Notes: a model not told the origin generated them from the letters alone. 64,000 nucleotides of DNA from Candidatus Omnitrophota bacterium (GCA_013203315.1 JABMQJ010000016.1:12245-76244), one strand, 5' to 3'. Positions 1 to 10,486 are shown, numbered from the stretch's first letter. Translations and numbers: made by a program.

Positions 1-333
1 CCTGCTTCGAGTAAGGTTATGCTGATCACGGATCCTAATTCGAAAATCGGAGTTATTCTCGAATCTTCACGGGAGAGCGGCGTTCTGGTAGGCTCCCCAC
101 AGGGGACATGTAAGGTTATATATCTTTCACTTGATGCGGATATGAAAAAAGGGGAGAAGGTTTTAACCGCGGGTTTTAGCGCATTTTTCCCTAAGGGCCT
201 TGTGGTCGGTGAAGTTACCGAGGTAGGAATTGAAACACCGGGCCTTTATAAATATGCGATTGTTAATCCGGTTTGCGACATGGGTAAAATTGAAGAAGTC
301 ATATGTATCGAGGTAGGTAAAGGTGCAGAATAA
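1..333 (+). CDS. mreC: Rod shape-determining protein MreC, 3' part (open at window start)
   Basis: LITDPNSKIG...GEKVLTAG...FPKGLVVGEV MreC C-terminal motifs; precedes mreD-mrdA-rodA. Confidence 0.92.
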   Translation, partial: PASSKVMLITDPNSKIGVILESSRESGVLVGSPQGTCKVIYLSLDADMKKGEKVLTAGFSAFFPKGLVVGEVTEVGIETPGLYKYAIVNPVCDMGKIEEVICIEVGKGAE

Positions 334-817
334 TAGATTTGCCTTATACGCTTCGCTTGTGATGCTTTTGTTTATGGAACTTGCGGTATTTAGCAAGCTG
401 AGAATTTTTGGCGTAAGACCCGAACTACTACTCGTTGCAACGGTATTTTTCGGATTCCATTTCGGAATAGCCCGCGGCATGGAGGTGGGCATGATTTCAG
501 GGATTCTGAAAGATTTATTCAGCATGACCACTTTTGGCGTTAACGCATTTTCATTTTTACTTGTAGGGTTCTTAGCGGGCTTTCTTAAAGATAAATTATT
601 CAAAGAGGATGTTATAACCCAATTCTTCCTTTCATGTGCCTCCGTCTATCTTATTTCCGGTATTTATTTTTTGTATCTGGATAAAATCATGGGTAACAAT
701 TTGAGCACCGTTTTCTGGAAACAGGGTGGCGTTAAGGCACTATACACGGGCTGCGTGGCACTGGTTTTATTTTTTACCCTTACGAAGATTTTCGGTTTTC
801 CGAAAAAACAAAATTAG
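323..817 (+). CDS. mreD: Rod shape-determining protein MreD
   Basis: Hydrophobic 164 aa with GVRPELLL, GILKDLFS and FGVNAF motifs; synteny. Confidence 0.9.
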   Translation: MQNNRFALYASLVMLLFMELAVFSKLRIFGVRPELLLVATVFFGFHFGIARGMEVGMISGILKDLFSMTTFGVNAFSFLLVGFLAGFLKDKLFKEDVITQFFLSCASVYLISGIYFLYLDKIMGNNLSTVFWKQGGVKALYTGCVALVLFFTLTKIFGFPKKQN

Positions 818-2539
818 ATGAGAACAAAAGTTTTCGCATTCATCGCCTTTTTCTTTTTCGGAATTCTTATTTTCGGGTTATTTTATACTCAGGCGCTGAA
901 ATACGAATACTATAAAGGGCTATCCGAAAGAAATAGAATTCGCGTCATACCGCTTGAGGCGCCGAGAGGAAAGATATACGATAGGTCCGGAAGGCTTCTG
1001 GTAAGCAACCGGATCGCGTTTGATGTCGAAGTTATTTTCCAGGAAATAAAAGACGAGAATAAAACGGTTGATTTATTAAGTGGGATACTTGCTATTGACA
1101 GGCGCGCGCTTGAAAAGAAAATTGACGCTGCCCGAAAACGTCCGTTTGCTCCGGCAAAAATAGCCAAGGACATAGAAAAAGAAAAGGCTATCCGCGTAGA
1201 AGAAATAAGCTTAGATCTGCCGGGCGTGATAGTTACCACAAGGCCCCTCCGTAATTATCTGTACAAAAATTCTCTTTCCCACGTAACCGGTTACATCGGG
1301 AAGATAAGCGAGCCGGAACTGGCAAAATATAAAGTTTACGGATACCGCATGCAGGATTTTGTCGGGAAAGACGGAATCGAACGCGCCTTTAACGATTACC
1401 TGAGAGGTGTTGACGGGGGGCTTCAAGTGGAAGTTGATTCAAGAGGCCGCCAGATAAACATTCTTGCGATAAAAGAAGCGCGGCAAGGCCGAAACCTTTA
1501 CCTTACCATAGATATAGAACTTCAGGAGTTTTGTCACGAACTTTTGAAAGAAAAAACAGGCGCAATCGTGGTAATGGACCCTTCTACGGGAGCAATTCTT
1601 GCCCTTGTGAGCCAACCGGATTTTGACCCAAACGCATTTGTGAGCCCGCAAAGATCCGGGGAGGTGTCGCGTCTTTTAAACGATTCCGGCTCGTTCCCGA
1701 TGATAAACCGCGCCATAAGCGGCACATATCCGCCAGGTTCGGTTTTTAAAATTGCGGTTTTTGCCGCCGCCTTAGATACGGGAAAATTTAACGATACAAA
1801 AACTTTTTTCTGTGATGGGAGTCACCGGGTGGGTAACAGAGTTTTTCACTGTTGGAAAGAGGAAGGGCACGGAGCGCAGAATGTCAGAAACGGCATCAAA
1901 AATTCTTGCAATGTCTTTTTCTATCAATTAGGCTTATTTCTGGGTGTGGACGAAATATCAAAATATGCTTTTAAGATGGGGTTAGGCAGGCCCGCGGGCA
2001 TAGATTTGCCGGGAGAAGTAAGCGGCTTGGTTCCGACTCCGTCTTGGAAAAGAAGGAAACTAAAACAGTCCTGGTTCAAGGGTGAAACGGCAAACTATGC
2101 GATAGGGCAGGGGTATCTTCTTGTTACGCCCCTGCAAATTGTGCGTTTCCTCGGAGCTATAGCAAGCGGCGGCAATCTTCCGCAACCTTATGTTGTTGAA
2201 AGGATAGAGGATATAAAGTCGCGCCGTACAGAGGCCGAAGATACAGGAATCAGGCATAAAGTTCTGGAAGCTTTAAAGGTGGGGTTGGGAGACGTGATAA
2301 ATGCCAAAGGCGGCACAGGCTATTACGCTAGATCAAAAGAAGTTATTATTGCCGGTAAAACAGGTACAGCACAGAATCCACACGGTGATTCACACGCATG
2401 GTTTGCGGGGTTTGCCCCTATTGATGATCCCAGAATTTGTGTCGTCGTATTTATCGAGCAAGGCGGAAAAGGCGGTTTGGCGCCGGCACGCTCCGCAAAA
2501 AAAATTATAGAAGAAACAAAAAAGCTGGGGCTCTTGTAG
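818..2539 (+). CDS. mrdA: Penicillin-binding protein 2
   Basis: APRGKIYDR, YPPGSVFK (SxxK), SCN, KTGTAQ and HAWF motifs. Confidence 0.96.
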   Translation: MRTKVFAFIAFFFFGILIFGLFYTQALKYEYYKGLSERNRIRVIPLEAPRGKIYDRSGRLLVSNRIAFDVEVIFQEIKDENKTVDLLSGILAIDRRALEKKIDAARKRPFAPAKIAKDIEKEKAIRVEEISLDLPGVIVTTRPLRNYLYKNSLSHVTGYIGKISEPELAKYKVYGYRMQDFVGKDGIERAFNDYLRGVDGGLQVEVDSRGRQINILAIKEARQGRNLYLTIDIELQEFCHELLKEKTGAIVVMDPSTGAILALVSQPDFDPNAFVSPQRSGEVSRLLNDSGSFPMINRAISGTYPPGSVFKIAVFAAALDTGKFNDTKTFFCDGSHRVGNRVFHCWKEEGHGAQNVRNGIKNSCNVFFYQLGLFLGVDEISKYAFKMGLGRPAGIDLPGEVSGLVPTPSWKRRKLKQSWFKGETANYAIGQGYLLVTPLQIVRFLGAIASGGNLPQPYVVERIEDIKSRRTEAEDTGIRHKVLEALKVGLGDVINAKGGTGYYARSKEVIIAGKTGTAQNPHGDSHAWFAGFAPIDDPRICVVVFIEQGGKGGLAPARSAKKIIEETKKLGLL

Positions 2540-3616
2540 ATGCATTTTAAAAATTTTGATAGAACGTTATTTTTTGCCACACTGGCGATTCTTCTCATAG
2601 GCCTTTTGACGCTTTATAGTGCTTCAAGAGAGTACCATTCTCAGGATATTGTTTTTCGCCAGGTATTCTGGATAATTTTTGGCATTGTGGTTTTATTCGC
2701 AATCTTGCGCGTGGATTATCAAAGGATTGCGAGCTTGTCTTACATATTTTACGGCGCAACACTACTTTTTCTTGTTATGGTTTTATTCTCCGGAAGAGCG
2801 AAGGGCGGCGCGCATCGCTGGATAAGCCTGGGCTTTTTCAACCTTCAACCCTCGGAGCTTGCAAAAATAACACTTATCTTGGCGCTTTCTTCATACGCAA
2901 GCGTTAGAAGAAGCGATGTTACCAAAATAAGTTTTTTTTGCAAAGCATTTCTGCTCGCTATCCCCGCATTTCTCCTAATTCTCATAGAACCCGATCTTGG
3001 CACGGCACTTTTGCTTATACCGGTAACGCTTGCAATGCTTTACATGGCCGGTGTGAATGTTATGCATATTTTGGGCGTTATGCTTCTAGGCCTGGCGTCT
3101 TTTCCTGTTTTTTGGCATTTTCTGAAAGGGTACCAGCGGCAGAGGCTATTTGTTTTTATAAACCCTAATATTGACCCGCTCGGTTCGGGCTATACAATAA
3201 TACAATCGAAGATCGCAGTCGGTTCAGGAGGGATCTTCGGTAAGGGATGGCTTGCGGGAACGCAGAATCAACTAAATTTTCTGCCGGAACGCCATACGGA
3301 CTTTATTTTTTCGGTGGTAGGCGAGGAGTGGGGTTTCGTAGGCGCGCTTGTCCTTATACTATTGTATGCATTGATCGTGTACAGGGGGATAAAAATTATC
3401 GAAACTACTCCCGACACATGCGGAAAATTAATTGCTACGGGCCTTGTAACGCTTTTCACCCTTCAGGTCCTGATTAACATCGGCATGACCATTGGTTTTT
3501 TGCCTGTAGTCGGACTTACCCTACCGCTTATAAGCTACGGAGGCTCAAGCCTCATAACAACGCTTCTGTGTATCGGCCTATTGCTTAATATTGGTATGAG
3601 AAGGCCTCTATTCTAA
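2540..3616 (+). CDS. rodA: SEDS peptidoglycan polymerase RodA
   Basis: QPSELAK, EPDLGT, FLPERHTDFIF, LPLISYGGSS. Confidence 0.96.
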   Translation: MHFKNFDRTLFFATLAILLIGLLTLYSASREYHSQDIVFRQVFWIIFGIVVLFAILRVDYQRIASLSYIFYGATLLFLVMVLFSGRAKGGAHRWISLGFFNLQPSELAKITLILALSSYASVRRSDVTKISFFCKAFLLAIPAFLLILIEPDLGTALLLIPVTLAMLYMAGVNVMHILGVMLLGLASFPVFWHFLKGYQRQRLFVFINPNIDPLGSGYTIIQSKIAVGSGGIFGKGWLAGTQNQLNFLPERHTDFIFSVVGEEWGFVGALVLILLYALIVYRGIKIIETTPDTCGKLIATGLVTLFTLQVLINIGMTIGFLPVVGLTLPLISYGGSSLITTLLCIGLLLNIGMRRPLF

Positions 3617-3630
3617 ATTATATCATAATA

Positions 3631-3659
3631 TTGACAAAATAAGATATATAGAGTATACT
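3631..3659 (+). promoter_or_regulatory. Sigma70-type promoter of the pilT operon
   Basis: TTGACA-17 bp-TATACT. Confidence 0.75.
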
Positions 3660-3714
3660 TTTTAAGAATAGTTTGTTTTTTTGAAAGAGGCTTTAAAAAT
3701 TTTTAGGGGGTAAA

Positions 3715-4800
3715 ATGGCGATAGATATCAAAAGTTTGCTGAAGATTATGTTGGAAAAAAATGCTTCGGACTTTCATGTCACCGCAAACACACCCATTCA
3801 TTTGAGGATTGACGAAAACTTGCATGCGCTGAACAAAGAAATATTGAGCCCACAAGACACAAAAGCAAGTGTGTACGCTATCCTAAATGACGATCAGATA
3901 AAGCAGTTCGAGAAAGACCTGGAGCTCGATTTTTCTTTTGAACTAAAAGATATTGCCAGGTTCAGGGTAAATATTTTTTACCAGAGGGGCGCTGTAGGTT
4001 GTGCGATAAGACTCATACCTTATGAAATAATGAATTTTGAGCAGTGCGGGTTGCCTGTAAAAACGACAACCAAACTTTGCAAAGTGCCAAAAGGCCTTGT
4101 GCTGATTACAGGAGCGACGGGAAGCGGCAAGTCCACCACTCTGGCGTCTATGGTGGATTATATTAATAGCAATCGGCCTTGTCATATAATAACGATAGAG
4201 GATCCTATTGAATTTGTGCACAAAAATAGGAAAGCTATTGTGGACCAGCGTGAAGTATATAAAGACACCCATTCATTCGGTGCCTCCTTGAAGCGCGTCT
4301 TGAGGCAGGACCCTGACGTCATACTAATCGGAGAAATGCGAGACCTGGAAACGATTGAAAGCGCCTTGATAATCGCCGAAACAGGGCACCTGGTTCTTGC
4401 TACCCTTCACACTTCTGATGCCGTGCAGACAATAAACAGGATAATAGACGTTTTTCCCGCGCACCAGCAACAGCAGATAAGAACACAGCTTTCATTTGTT
4501 CTTTCCGGGGTCCTCTCCCAGCAACTTATTCCGAAAGCAGGGAAGTCCGGCAGGGCCCTTGCTACCGAAGTTTTAATAGCAACACCTGCAATAAGAAGCT
4601 TGATTCGCGAGGGCAAGGTTCACCAGATATATTCAGTTATTCAAACTACGCAAAAAGAGGGCATGAAAACGATGAATCAGGCGTTAGCAGATCTTTGCGA
4701 AAGCGGTGCGGTATCGCTTGAAGCGTGCCAGGAAAAATCCACAAATATTGACGAGCTTTACAAATTAATTAAAAGTCCGGTAAAAGGAAAGGCGAGTTGA
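3715..4800 (+). CDS. pilT: Type IV pilus retraction ATPase PilT
   Basis: GATGSGKST, EDPIE, LRQDPDVILIGEMRD, AETGHLVLATLHT, AIRSLIRE (AIRNLIRE motif). Confidence 0.96.
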   Translation: MAIDIKSLLKIMLEKNASDFHVTANTPIHLRIDENLHALNKEILSPQDTKASVYAILNDDQIKQFEKDLELDFSFELKDIARFRVNIFYQRGAVGCAIRLIPYEIMNFEQCGLPVKTTTKLCKVPKGLVLITGATGSGKSTTLASMVDYINSNRPCHIITIEDPIEFVHKNRKAIVDQREVYKDTHSFGASLKRVLRQDPDVILIGEMRDLETIESALIIAETGHLVLATLHTSDAVQTINRIIDVFPAHQQQQIRTQLSFVLSGVLSQQLIPKAGKSGRALATEVLIATPAIRSLIREGKVHQIYSVIQTTQKEGMKTMNQALADLCESGAVSLEACQEKSTNIDELYKLIKSPVKGKAS

Positions 4801-4803
4801 AAA

Positions 4804-5277
4804 ATGCTTCCGTTTAAACGTCTTGTAAAAAAACAACTGGGAGAATTACTGATAGAGCGCGGCGTTATTACCCGCTCGCAACTTGAAAAAGCACTCCAGA
4901 TTCAAAAAGAAAAAGGCGGGCTCCTGGGCCAGATACTTGTTGTGTTGGGTTTCACAAAAGAAGAAGAAATAGCCCAGGCCCTCACCATTCAGTATGGTTT
5001 CCCATATCTGCCATTACAGAATTATGAATTAAACAAGGAAGTTGTCAAGCTCATACCCGAAAGCGTGTCAAGACAGTATTGCTTGATAGCGGTAGACAAG
5101 ATAGGCGATACGCTTACGGTGGCGATATCTAATCCGCTGAACACGAAAGCCATTGAGGATGTGGAGCTCCTTACTAAATGCAAGGTACAGGTTTTTGTGA
5201 GTACGCTGACGGATGTCGGTAAAGTCATCGAAAAGATATATGGAAAAGATAAAAAGCCGAAGGAGGCCGAGGGCTAA
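4804..5277 (+). CDS. Stand-alone MshEN / GspE N-terminal domain protein
   Basis: Tandem xLGxxLxxxGxxxxxxLxxALxxQ motifs, then the GspE N1 domain (LTVAISNP); no ATPase domain. Confidence 0.85.
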   Translation: MLPFKRLVKKQLGELLIERGVITRSQLEKALQIQKEKGGLLGQILVVLGFTKEEEIAQALTIQYGFPYLPLQNYELNKEVVKLIPESVSRQYCLIAVDKIGDTLTVAISNPLNTKAIEDVELLTKCKVQVFVSTLTDVGKVIEKIYGKDKKPKEAEG

Positions 5278-5285
5278 AACCAAAA

Positions 5286-7025
5286 ATGGCAGGCGACGCC
5301 TTATCCATAAGAGATCGGGTAATGAAAAGCCTCTGCGAGAAGAAACTTCTCGTTGAAAACGATATACGCAAGGCCCTTGAAATACAAAAAGAAAAAGGAG
5401 GCAAACTAAGCGATATATTGGTCGGGATGGGTATCGTGTCAAGAGGCGATCTTGTTTCGGCCATGAGCAAGGAACTCGGAATCCCGCCTATCGACCTTTC
5501 GCGTTATCAGGTTTCCCCGGAAGTAATAAAGCTTGTCTCTAAAAAAGTTGCCAGAAACTACCGCGTTGTACCCATTTCGAAGATGGGAAATTTCCTCACG
5601 ATAGCCATAGCCGATCCGCTTAACGTATTTACCACAGACGACATAGCTTCTTTTACGGGTTGCAAAATCAGCGTTGTCATAGCAAGCGATAAAGATATTA
5701 CTGAAGCGATTTCGCAATACTACGAAGCAGCGGCGCCGGAAGCCATAGAGCAAATTATAGATGAGATGTCACCGCAGGCAGGTGGCATAGAGCTACTCTC
5801 AGATACGGAGGATACTCTATCCTCCGCGCAACTTGTGAAAATGATTCAAGAGGCACCCGTTGTCAAGGTTGCGAATATGATACTTGCAGAAGGGGTAAGG
5901 GCCAGGGCGAGCGATATCCTGATTGAACCACAGGAAGCCTCACTACGAATAAGATATAGAGTAGATGGTGTGTTGCACGAGGTCAAAGCCCCGCCGAAAA
6001 GAATTCACCCTGCGCTTATTTCAAGATTAAAAGTTATATCAAATTTAAATATTGCGGAGCGCCGGCTACCGCAGGACGGCCGTTTTAAAATAAAGATACA
6101 AGGCCGGGAAGTAGATTTTAGAATTTCTGTTTTACCATCAAGTAACGGCGAAAAAATTGCACTTCGGATACTGGATAAGTTGCAGGCTACGTTAGACCTT
6201 GCCAAGCTAGGGTTCGATGAAGGATCTTTGGAGAATATAAAGAAAGCCGCTATGAGGCCTCACGGAATGATCCTTGCTTGCGGGCCTACCGGTTGCGGTA
6301 AGACGACGACGCTTTATTCCATACTGAATTATGTGGATTCACCGGAAAAAAATGTAATTACCGCAGAAGACCCGGTAGAATATCAGTTGGAGGGCATAAA
6401 TCAGCTAACCGTCAAACCGGATCTAAATCTTACGTTTGCCAGCAGTCTACGCTCATTCCTTAGGCAAGATCCGGATGTTATAATGGTCGGTGAAATAAGG
6501 GATTTTGAAACCGTGGACATAGCGATTAAAGCGGCCTTAACAGGCCACCTTGTTCTTAGTACATTGCACACCACGACAGCGTCAGGATCAATAGTGCGCT
6601 TGGTTAACATGGGCGTGGAGCCTTTCCTTATTACCTCGAGCCTTGTTTTGGTTTCATCGCAGAGGCTGATACGTAGAATTTGTGAAACCTGCAAAGAATC
6701 GTACAAGATTGACGAAGAAACCGCGAAGAAAATACAGCTAAAGTCCGGCGAAAAAAATATCGCATACAGGGGAAAAGGATGCAAGGCTTGCCAGAACACG
6801 GGTTACAGGGGAAGGGAGGCCCTCATAGAAACTTTGGTGCTAACCCCAGAAATTCGAAGGTTAATACTTGAAAAAGCAGAAGAAAATAAAATACGCCGGG
6901 AAGCGCGCAGGGCAGGCATGAAAACATTAAGGGAAAACGGAATAAAAAAGATTATAAGCGGTATTACAACTATAGAAGATATTTTGCGCGTAACAGTAGG
7001 AGACCAGGACGTTCCGGTAAAGTAA
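5286..7025 (+). CDS. pilB: Type IV pilus assembly ATPase PilB, paralogue 1
   Basis: RLPQDGR, GPTGCGKTT, LRQDPDVIMVGEIRD, TGHLVLSTLH, CxxC...CxxC. Confidence 0.93.
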   Translation: MAGDALSIRDRVMKSLCEKKLLVENDIRKALEIQKEKGGKLSDILVGMGIVSRGDLVSAMSKELGIPPIDLSRYQVSPEVIKLVSKKVARNYRVVPISKMGNFLTIAIADPLNVFTTDDIASFTGCKISVVIASDKDITEAISQYYEAAAPEAIEQIIDEMSPQAGGIELLSDTEDTLSSAQLVKMIQEAPVVKVANMILAEGVRARASDILIEPQEASLRIRYRVDGVLHEVKAPPKRIHPALISRLKVISNLNIAERRLPQDGRFKIKIQGREVDFRISVLPSSNGEKIALRILDKLQATLDLAKLGFDEGSLENIKKAAMRPHGMILACGPTGCGKTTTLYSILNYVDSPEKNVITAEDPVEYQLEGINQLTVKPDLNLTFASSLRSFLRQDPDVIMVGEIRDFETVDIAIKAALTGHLVLSTLHTTTASGSIVRLVNMGVEPFLITSSLVLVSSQRLIRRICETCKESYKIDEETAKKIQLKSGEKNIAYRGKGCKACQNTGYRGREALIETLVLTPEIRRLILEKAEENKIRREARRAGMKTLRENGIKKIISGITTIEDILRVTVGDQDVPVK

Positions 7026-7028
7026 AAA

Positions 7029-8753
7029 ATGAAACAAAAAACACTTTCAGACAGGCTGCTCGATATTCTCCAACAAAAAAATCTTATAAATGCGGACCAG
7101 GCCAAGAAGGTTCTGAATATCCGCAAAAAAGAAGGGGGGAGCCTGGGAAAGATTCTGACAGGCGAAAACATTATAACGCATAAGGATTTAATGGTTCTTT
7201 TGAGTGAGCAATTAGACATTCCTCCCATTGACCTCTCAAAATATAAGATTGATCCGAACATCGCGAAGCTCGTGCCGGAGAAGCTCGCAATGCAACATAA
7301 CCTTATTCCCGTATCGAAAATAGCGAATACCATTACCGTTGCCATGGCAGATCCGACCGATATCCTGGCAATAGATGATATGAAAACCGCCCTACCCCCG
7401 GACGTGAGTAATATCGATATTATTATTGCCACTCATAGTGACATCAAAGAGGCTCATGCGAAAATTTTCGGATCGCCTACAGAAGACATTCTAAAAATAG
7501 CGGTTGATGCTGATGTTGAAACAGTGGAGATTGTTGAGGAAGAAAAACTGGACATAGGCGAAATTACAGTCGAAAGTAAAAAAGCCCCGATTGTTAAAAT
7601 AGTTTCGCTAATATTAAACGAAGCCCTAAAGCGCAGGGCCAGTGACATACATATTGAGCCAACAGAAAAAGATGTAAGAGTACGGTACAGGATTGACGGT
7701 GCCCTGCGGGAAGCGCTACGACTGCCTAAAAAGAATCAGAACGCTATCGTGGCAAGGCTTAAAATAATGTCGAAGCTGGATATTACCGAAAACAGGGTCC
7801 CGCAGGACGGCCGTTTTAAAATAAAATCCGGGGCCAAAGGCATAGATTTTCGCGTAAGTATTTTACCCATAGCTTTCGGAAACAAGGTTGTTTTAAGAGC
7901 GCTCGACAAGTCGAATCTGGACATAGGGTTGGATAAATTGGGATTTTTACCGGGCCCCCTGGAAGCATTTAAAAAAGCACTGGAAAGGCCTTTTGGAATG
8001 ATTCTTTTGACCGGACCGACAGGAAGTGGAAAGTCTACAACCCTATACTCCATAATTAATAAGCTAAACACTCCCGCGAGAAACATTATAACGATAGAAG
8101 ACCCTGTTGAATATGAACTGGAAGGCATAACGCAAATTCAGGCAAACCCCGAGATAGGCCTTACCTTTGCAAACGGCCTTAAGTCCGTTCTCCGACAGAG
8201 TCCTGACATAGTCATGGTAGGGGAGATAAGGGATTTTGAAACAGCTGACATTGCGATTAAGGCATCTCTCACAGGGCAACTTGTCCTTAGCACCTTGCAC
8301 ACAAATGATGCAGTAGGAGCCATTACGAGATTGGTAGACATGGGCGTTGAGCCATTCCTTGTGTCTGCCAGCCTTGTTCTTACTGCCGCGCAAAGACTGC
8401 AAAGGAGCATATGCCCGCGATGCAAGGAAGCAATTGACGTTCCTCGCTCTGTGCTTGAGCGGGTCGCTGGAACTAAAGATGTGGAGAAACTCATAAAAAG
8501 AAAGCCATTTTATAGCGGAAAAGGATGTCCGCGTTGCAATAATACCGGTTATCTTGGAAGGGCAGGCGTTCTGGAGACGCTAACGATTGACGACGCGATA
8601 AGAGACATGATTATAAGGAGGGCCTCAACGGAGGAAATAAGTAAGTACGCTATTTCTAAGGGAATGATGACTTTAAGGGATAGCGCACTGGAAAATTTTG
8701 CTGCCGGGCTAACCACTATGGAAGAGGTTCTAAGAATTACTACGGAGGATTAA
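7029..8753 (+). CDS. pilB: Type IV pilus assembly ATPase PilB, paralogue 2
   Basis: ASDIHIEP, PQDGR, GPTGSGKST, MVGEIRD, TGQLVLSTLH, CPRC twice. Confidence 0.93.
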   Translation: MKQKTLSDRLLDILQQKNLINADQAKKVLNIRKKEGGSLGKILTGENIITHKDLMVLLSEQLDIPPIDLSKYKIDPNIAKLVPEKLAMQHNLIPVSKIANTITVAMADPTDILAIDDMKTALPPDVSNIDIIIATHSDIKEAHAKIFGSPTEDILKIAVDADVETVEIVEEEKLDIGEITVESKKAPIVKIVSLILNEALKRRASDIHIEPTEKDVRVRYRIDGALREALRLPKKNQNAIVARLKIMSKLDITENRVPQDGRFKIKSGAKGIDFRVSILPIAFGNKVVLRALDKSNLDIGLDKLGFLPGPLEAFKKALERPFGMILLTGPTGSGKSTTLYSIINKLNTPARNIITIEDPVEYELEGITQIQANPEIGLTFANGLKSVLRQSPDIVMVGEIRDFETADIAIKASLTGQLVLSTLHTNDAVGAITRLVDMGVEPFLVSASLVLTAAQRLQRSICPRCKEAIDVPRSVLERVAGTKDVEKLIKRKPFYSGKGCPRCNNTGYLGRAGVLETLTIDDAIRDMIIRRASTEEISKYAISKGMMTLRDSALENFAAGLTTMEEVLRITTED

Positions 8754-8757
8754 ACTA

Positions 8758-9975
8758 ATGGCTAGATTTAAATACGTAGTCAAAGACAAAGACGGTAAAA
8801 CTGTAAAGGGAACCGTTGAAGCCCAGGCAAAGGAAGGCGCGGTTCTTTCTTTGAGAGAGAAAGACTTGATTATAGTCTCCCTTCAGGAAGAGAAAGGGGG
8901 AGCGCGATCTTTGGGGCTATTTTTTCCTAAAAGGCAGAAGGTAAAAATAGACGACCTTGTCATATTTTCCCGGCAGCTGGCCACGATGGTTGATGCGGGC
9001 ATACCCCTTGTTAGCGCGCTGGATATTCTGGCAGAACAGATTGAAAAACCGTCCCTCAAATACGTTATCTCGAAAGTCCACGATGACGTAGAGACTGGTT
9101 CAAGCCTGTCAGAGGCCCTATCTAAATATACAAATATTTTTTCAAATCTTTTTGTCAACATGGTTCGCGCCGGCGAATCAAGCGGTATGTTGGACGAAAT
9201 CCTTGACAGGCTCGCTACATACCTTGAAAAAACAAGTAGCCTCCAGAAGAAGGTAAAGTCCGCTCTTGTTTATCCGGCGGCTGTAACAACTATGGCCATA
9301 GGCATAACCGTATTTTTGCTGGTCAAGGTAATCCCGGTTTTTAAGGACATATATTCGGGTTTCGGGGCCCAGTTGCCTACGCCCACCATGGTAATACTTA
9401 GCATAAGTGACTTTTTACGAAATTATTTTTATATCGCGATCGCTGCTATCATTATTTTCTTTCTTCTCATAAGCAGGTATATTAAGACTGATAGGGGCAA
9501 AACAAGATTTGACCGCTTAAAGCTCAACATACCAATATTCGGTACCCTGGCAAAAAAGGTGGCAGTCGGCAAGTTTGCAAGAACCCTTTCCACGCTAATA
9601 AAGAGCGGGGTTCCGATATTGAGCTCACTTGAAATCGTGAGTAAAACCTCCGGTAACTGCGTTATAGAGAAGGCTGTAGACAACGTCAGGACAAATGTGC
9701 GCGAAGGAGAAGCTATCGCTGACCCCCTCTCAAAAAGTGGGATATTCCCGTCTATGGTTGTGCGCATGATTTCAGTCGGCGAACAGACTGGGGAACTTGA
9801 GAAGATGCTGACAAAAATAGCGGACTTTTATGATGAGCAGGTAGACACGGCTGTAAGCGGCCTTACAAGCCTTATCGAGCCCCTCATAATAGCCTTTTTA
9901 GGCATTGTGATAGGGGGCATAGTGATATGTATGTTCCTTCCCATATTGCAGATATCGTCGGTACTGAACGTATAA
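8758..9975 (+). CDS. pilC: Type IV pilus platform protein PilC (T2SS F family)
   Basis: FSRQLATMVDAGIPL, AGESSGML, ALVYP, VGEQTGEL, LIEP. Confidence 0.95.
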   Translation: MARFKYVVKDKDGKTVKGTVEAQAKEGAVLSLREKDLIIVSLQEEKGGARSLGLFFPKRQKVKIDDLVIFSRQLATMVDAGIPLVSALDILAEQIEKPSLKYVISKVHDDVETGSSLSEALSKYTNIFSNLFVNMVRAGESSGMLDEILDRLATYLEKTSSLQKKVKSALVYPAAVTTMAIGITVFLLVKVIPVFKDIYSGFGAQLPTPTMVILSISDFLRNYFYIAIAAIIIFFLLISRYIKTDRGKTRFDRLKLNIPIFGTLAKKVAVGKFARTLSTLIKSGVPILSSLEIVSKTSGNCVIEKAVDNVRTNVREGEAIADPLSKSGIFPSMVVRMISVGEQTGELEKMLTKIADFYDEQVDTAVSGLTSLIEPLIIAFLGIVIGGIVICMFLPILQISSVLNV

Positions 9976-9976
9976 G

Positions 9977-9998
9977 AGCCCCTGGCACCCCTGGGGCT
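9977..9998 (+). terminator. GC-rich hairpin after pilC (possible terminator or stabiliser)
   Basis: AGCCCC...GGGGCT stem; weak U-tract. Confidence 0.4.
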
Positions 9999-10001
9999 AT
10001 C

Positions 10002-10030
10002 TTGACTTTTAGCCACTTGTGTGATATAAT
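10002..10030 (+). promoter_or_regulatory. Strong sigma70-type promoter of the major pilin
   Basis: TTGACT-17 bp-TATAAT with extended -10 TG. Confidence 0.8.
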
Positions 10031-10070
10031 AACGTTGTCCCTACATGGGAAGGAAGGAAGGTGAAAAAAC

Positions 10071-10406
10071 ATGAAAAAGCTAAAGAAAAAAGGGTTTACG
10101 CTCGTCGAAATCATGATCGTTGTTGCAATTATAGGTCTATTGGCGGCTATAGCCATTCCTAACTTTGTAAGGGCTAGGACAACGGCGCAAACCAATTCCT
10201 GCATAGCTAACTTAAAGCAGCTCGAAGGGGCTGTCCAGGTCTGGGCTATAGAAACAGGTGCGGGTGATACCGATGCCTCGGTGCTATCCGATTTAACACC
10301 GTACGTCAGACGTTGGCCCTCATGCGGAACAAGCGCATATGCGGCGCCAACCAGTGCATCTCAAACACCTACGTGTCCACTCGCCAACACTGACCACGTG
10401 CTCTAA
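10071..10406 (+). CDS. pilA: Major type IV pilin
   Basis: Class III signal KKKG/FTLVEIMIVVAIIGLLAAIAIPNF; own promoter and terminator. Confidence 0.93.
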   Translation: MKKLKKKGFTLVEIMIVVAIIGLLAAIAIPNFVRARTTAQTNSCIANLKQLEGAVQVWAIETGAGDTDASVLSDLTPYVRRWPSCGTSAYAAPTSASQTPTCPLANTDHVL

Positions 10407-10436
10407 GGGCAAGAGCATTTTGAAGGCGTAAGCCTG

Positions 10437-10471
10437 AATAGGGGGTGATGAATTCATCACCCCCTATTTTT
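10437..10471 (+). terminator. Intrinsic terminator after pilA
   Basis: Perfect palindrome AATAGGGGGTGATG-AATT-CATCACCCCCTATT running into a T-tract. Confidence 0.85.
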
Positions 10472-10486
10472 ATATCTTTAATATTT

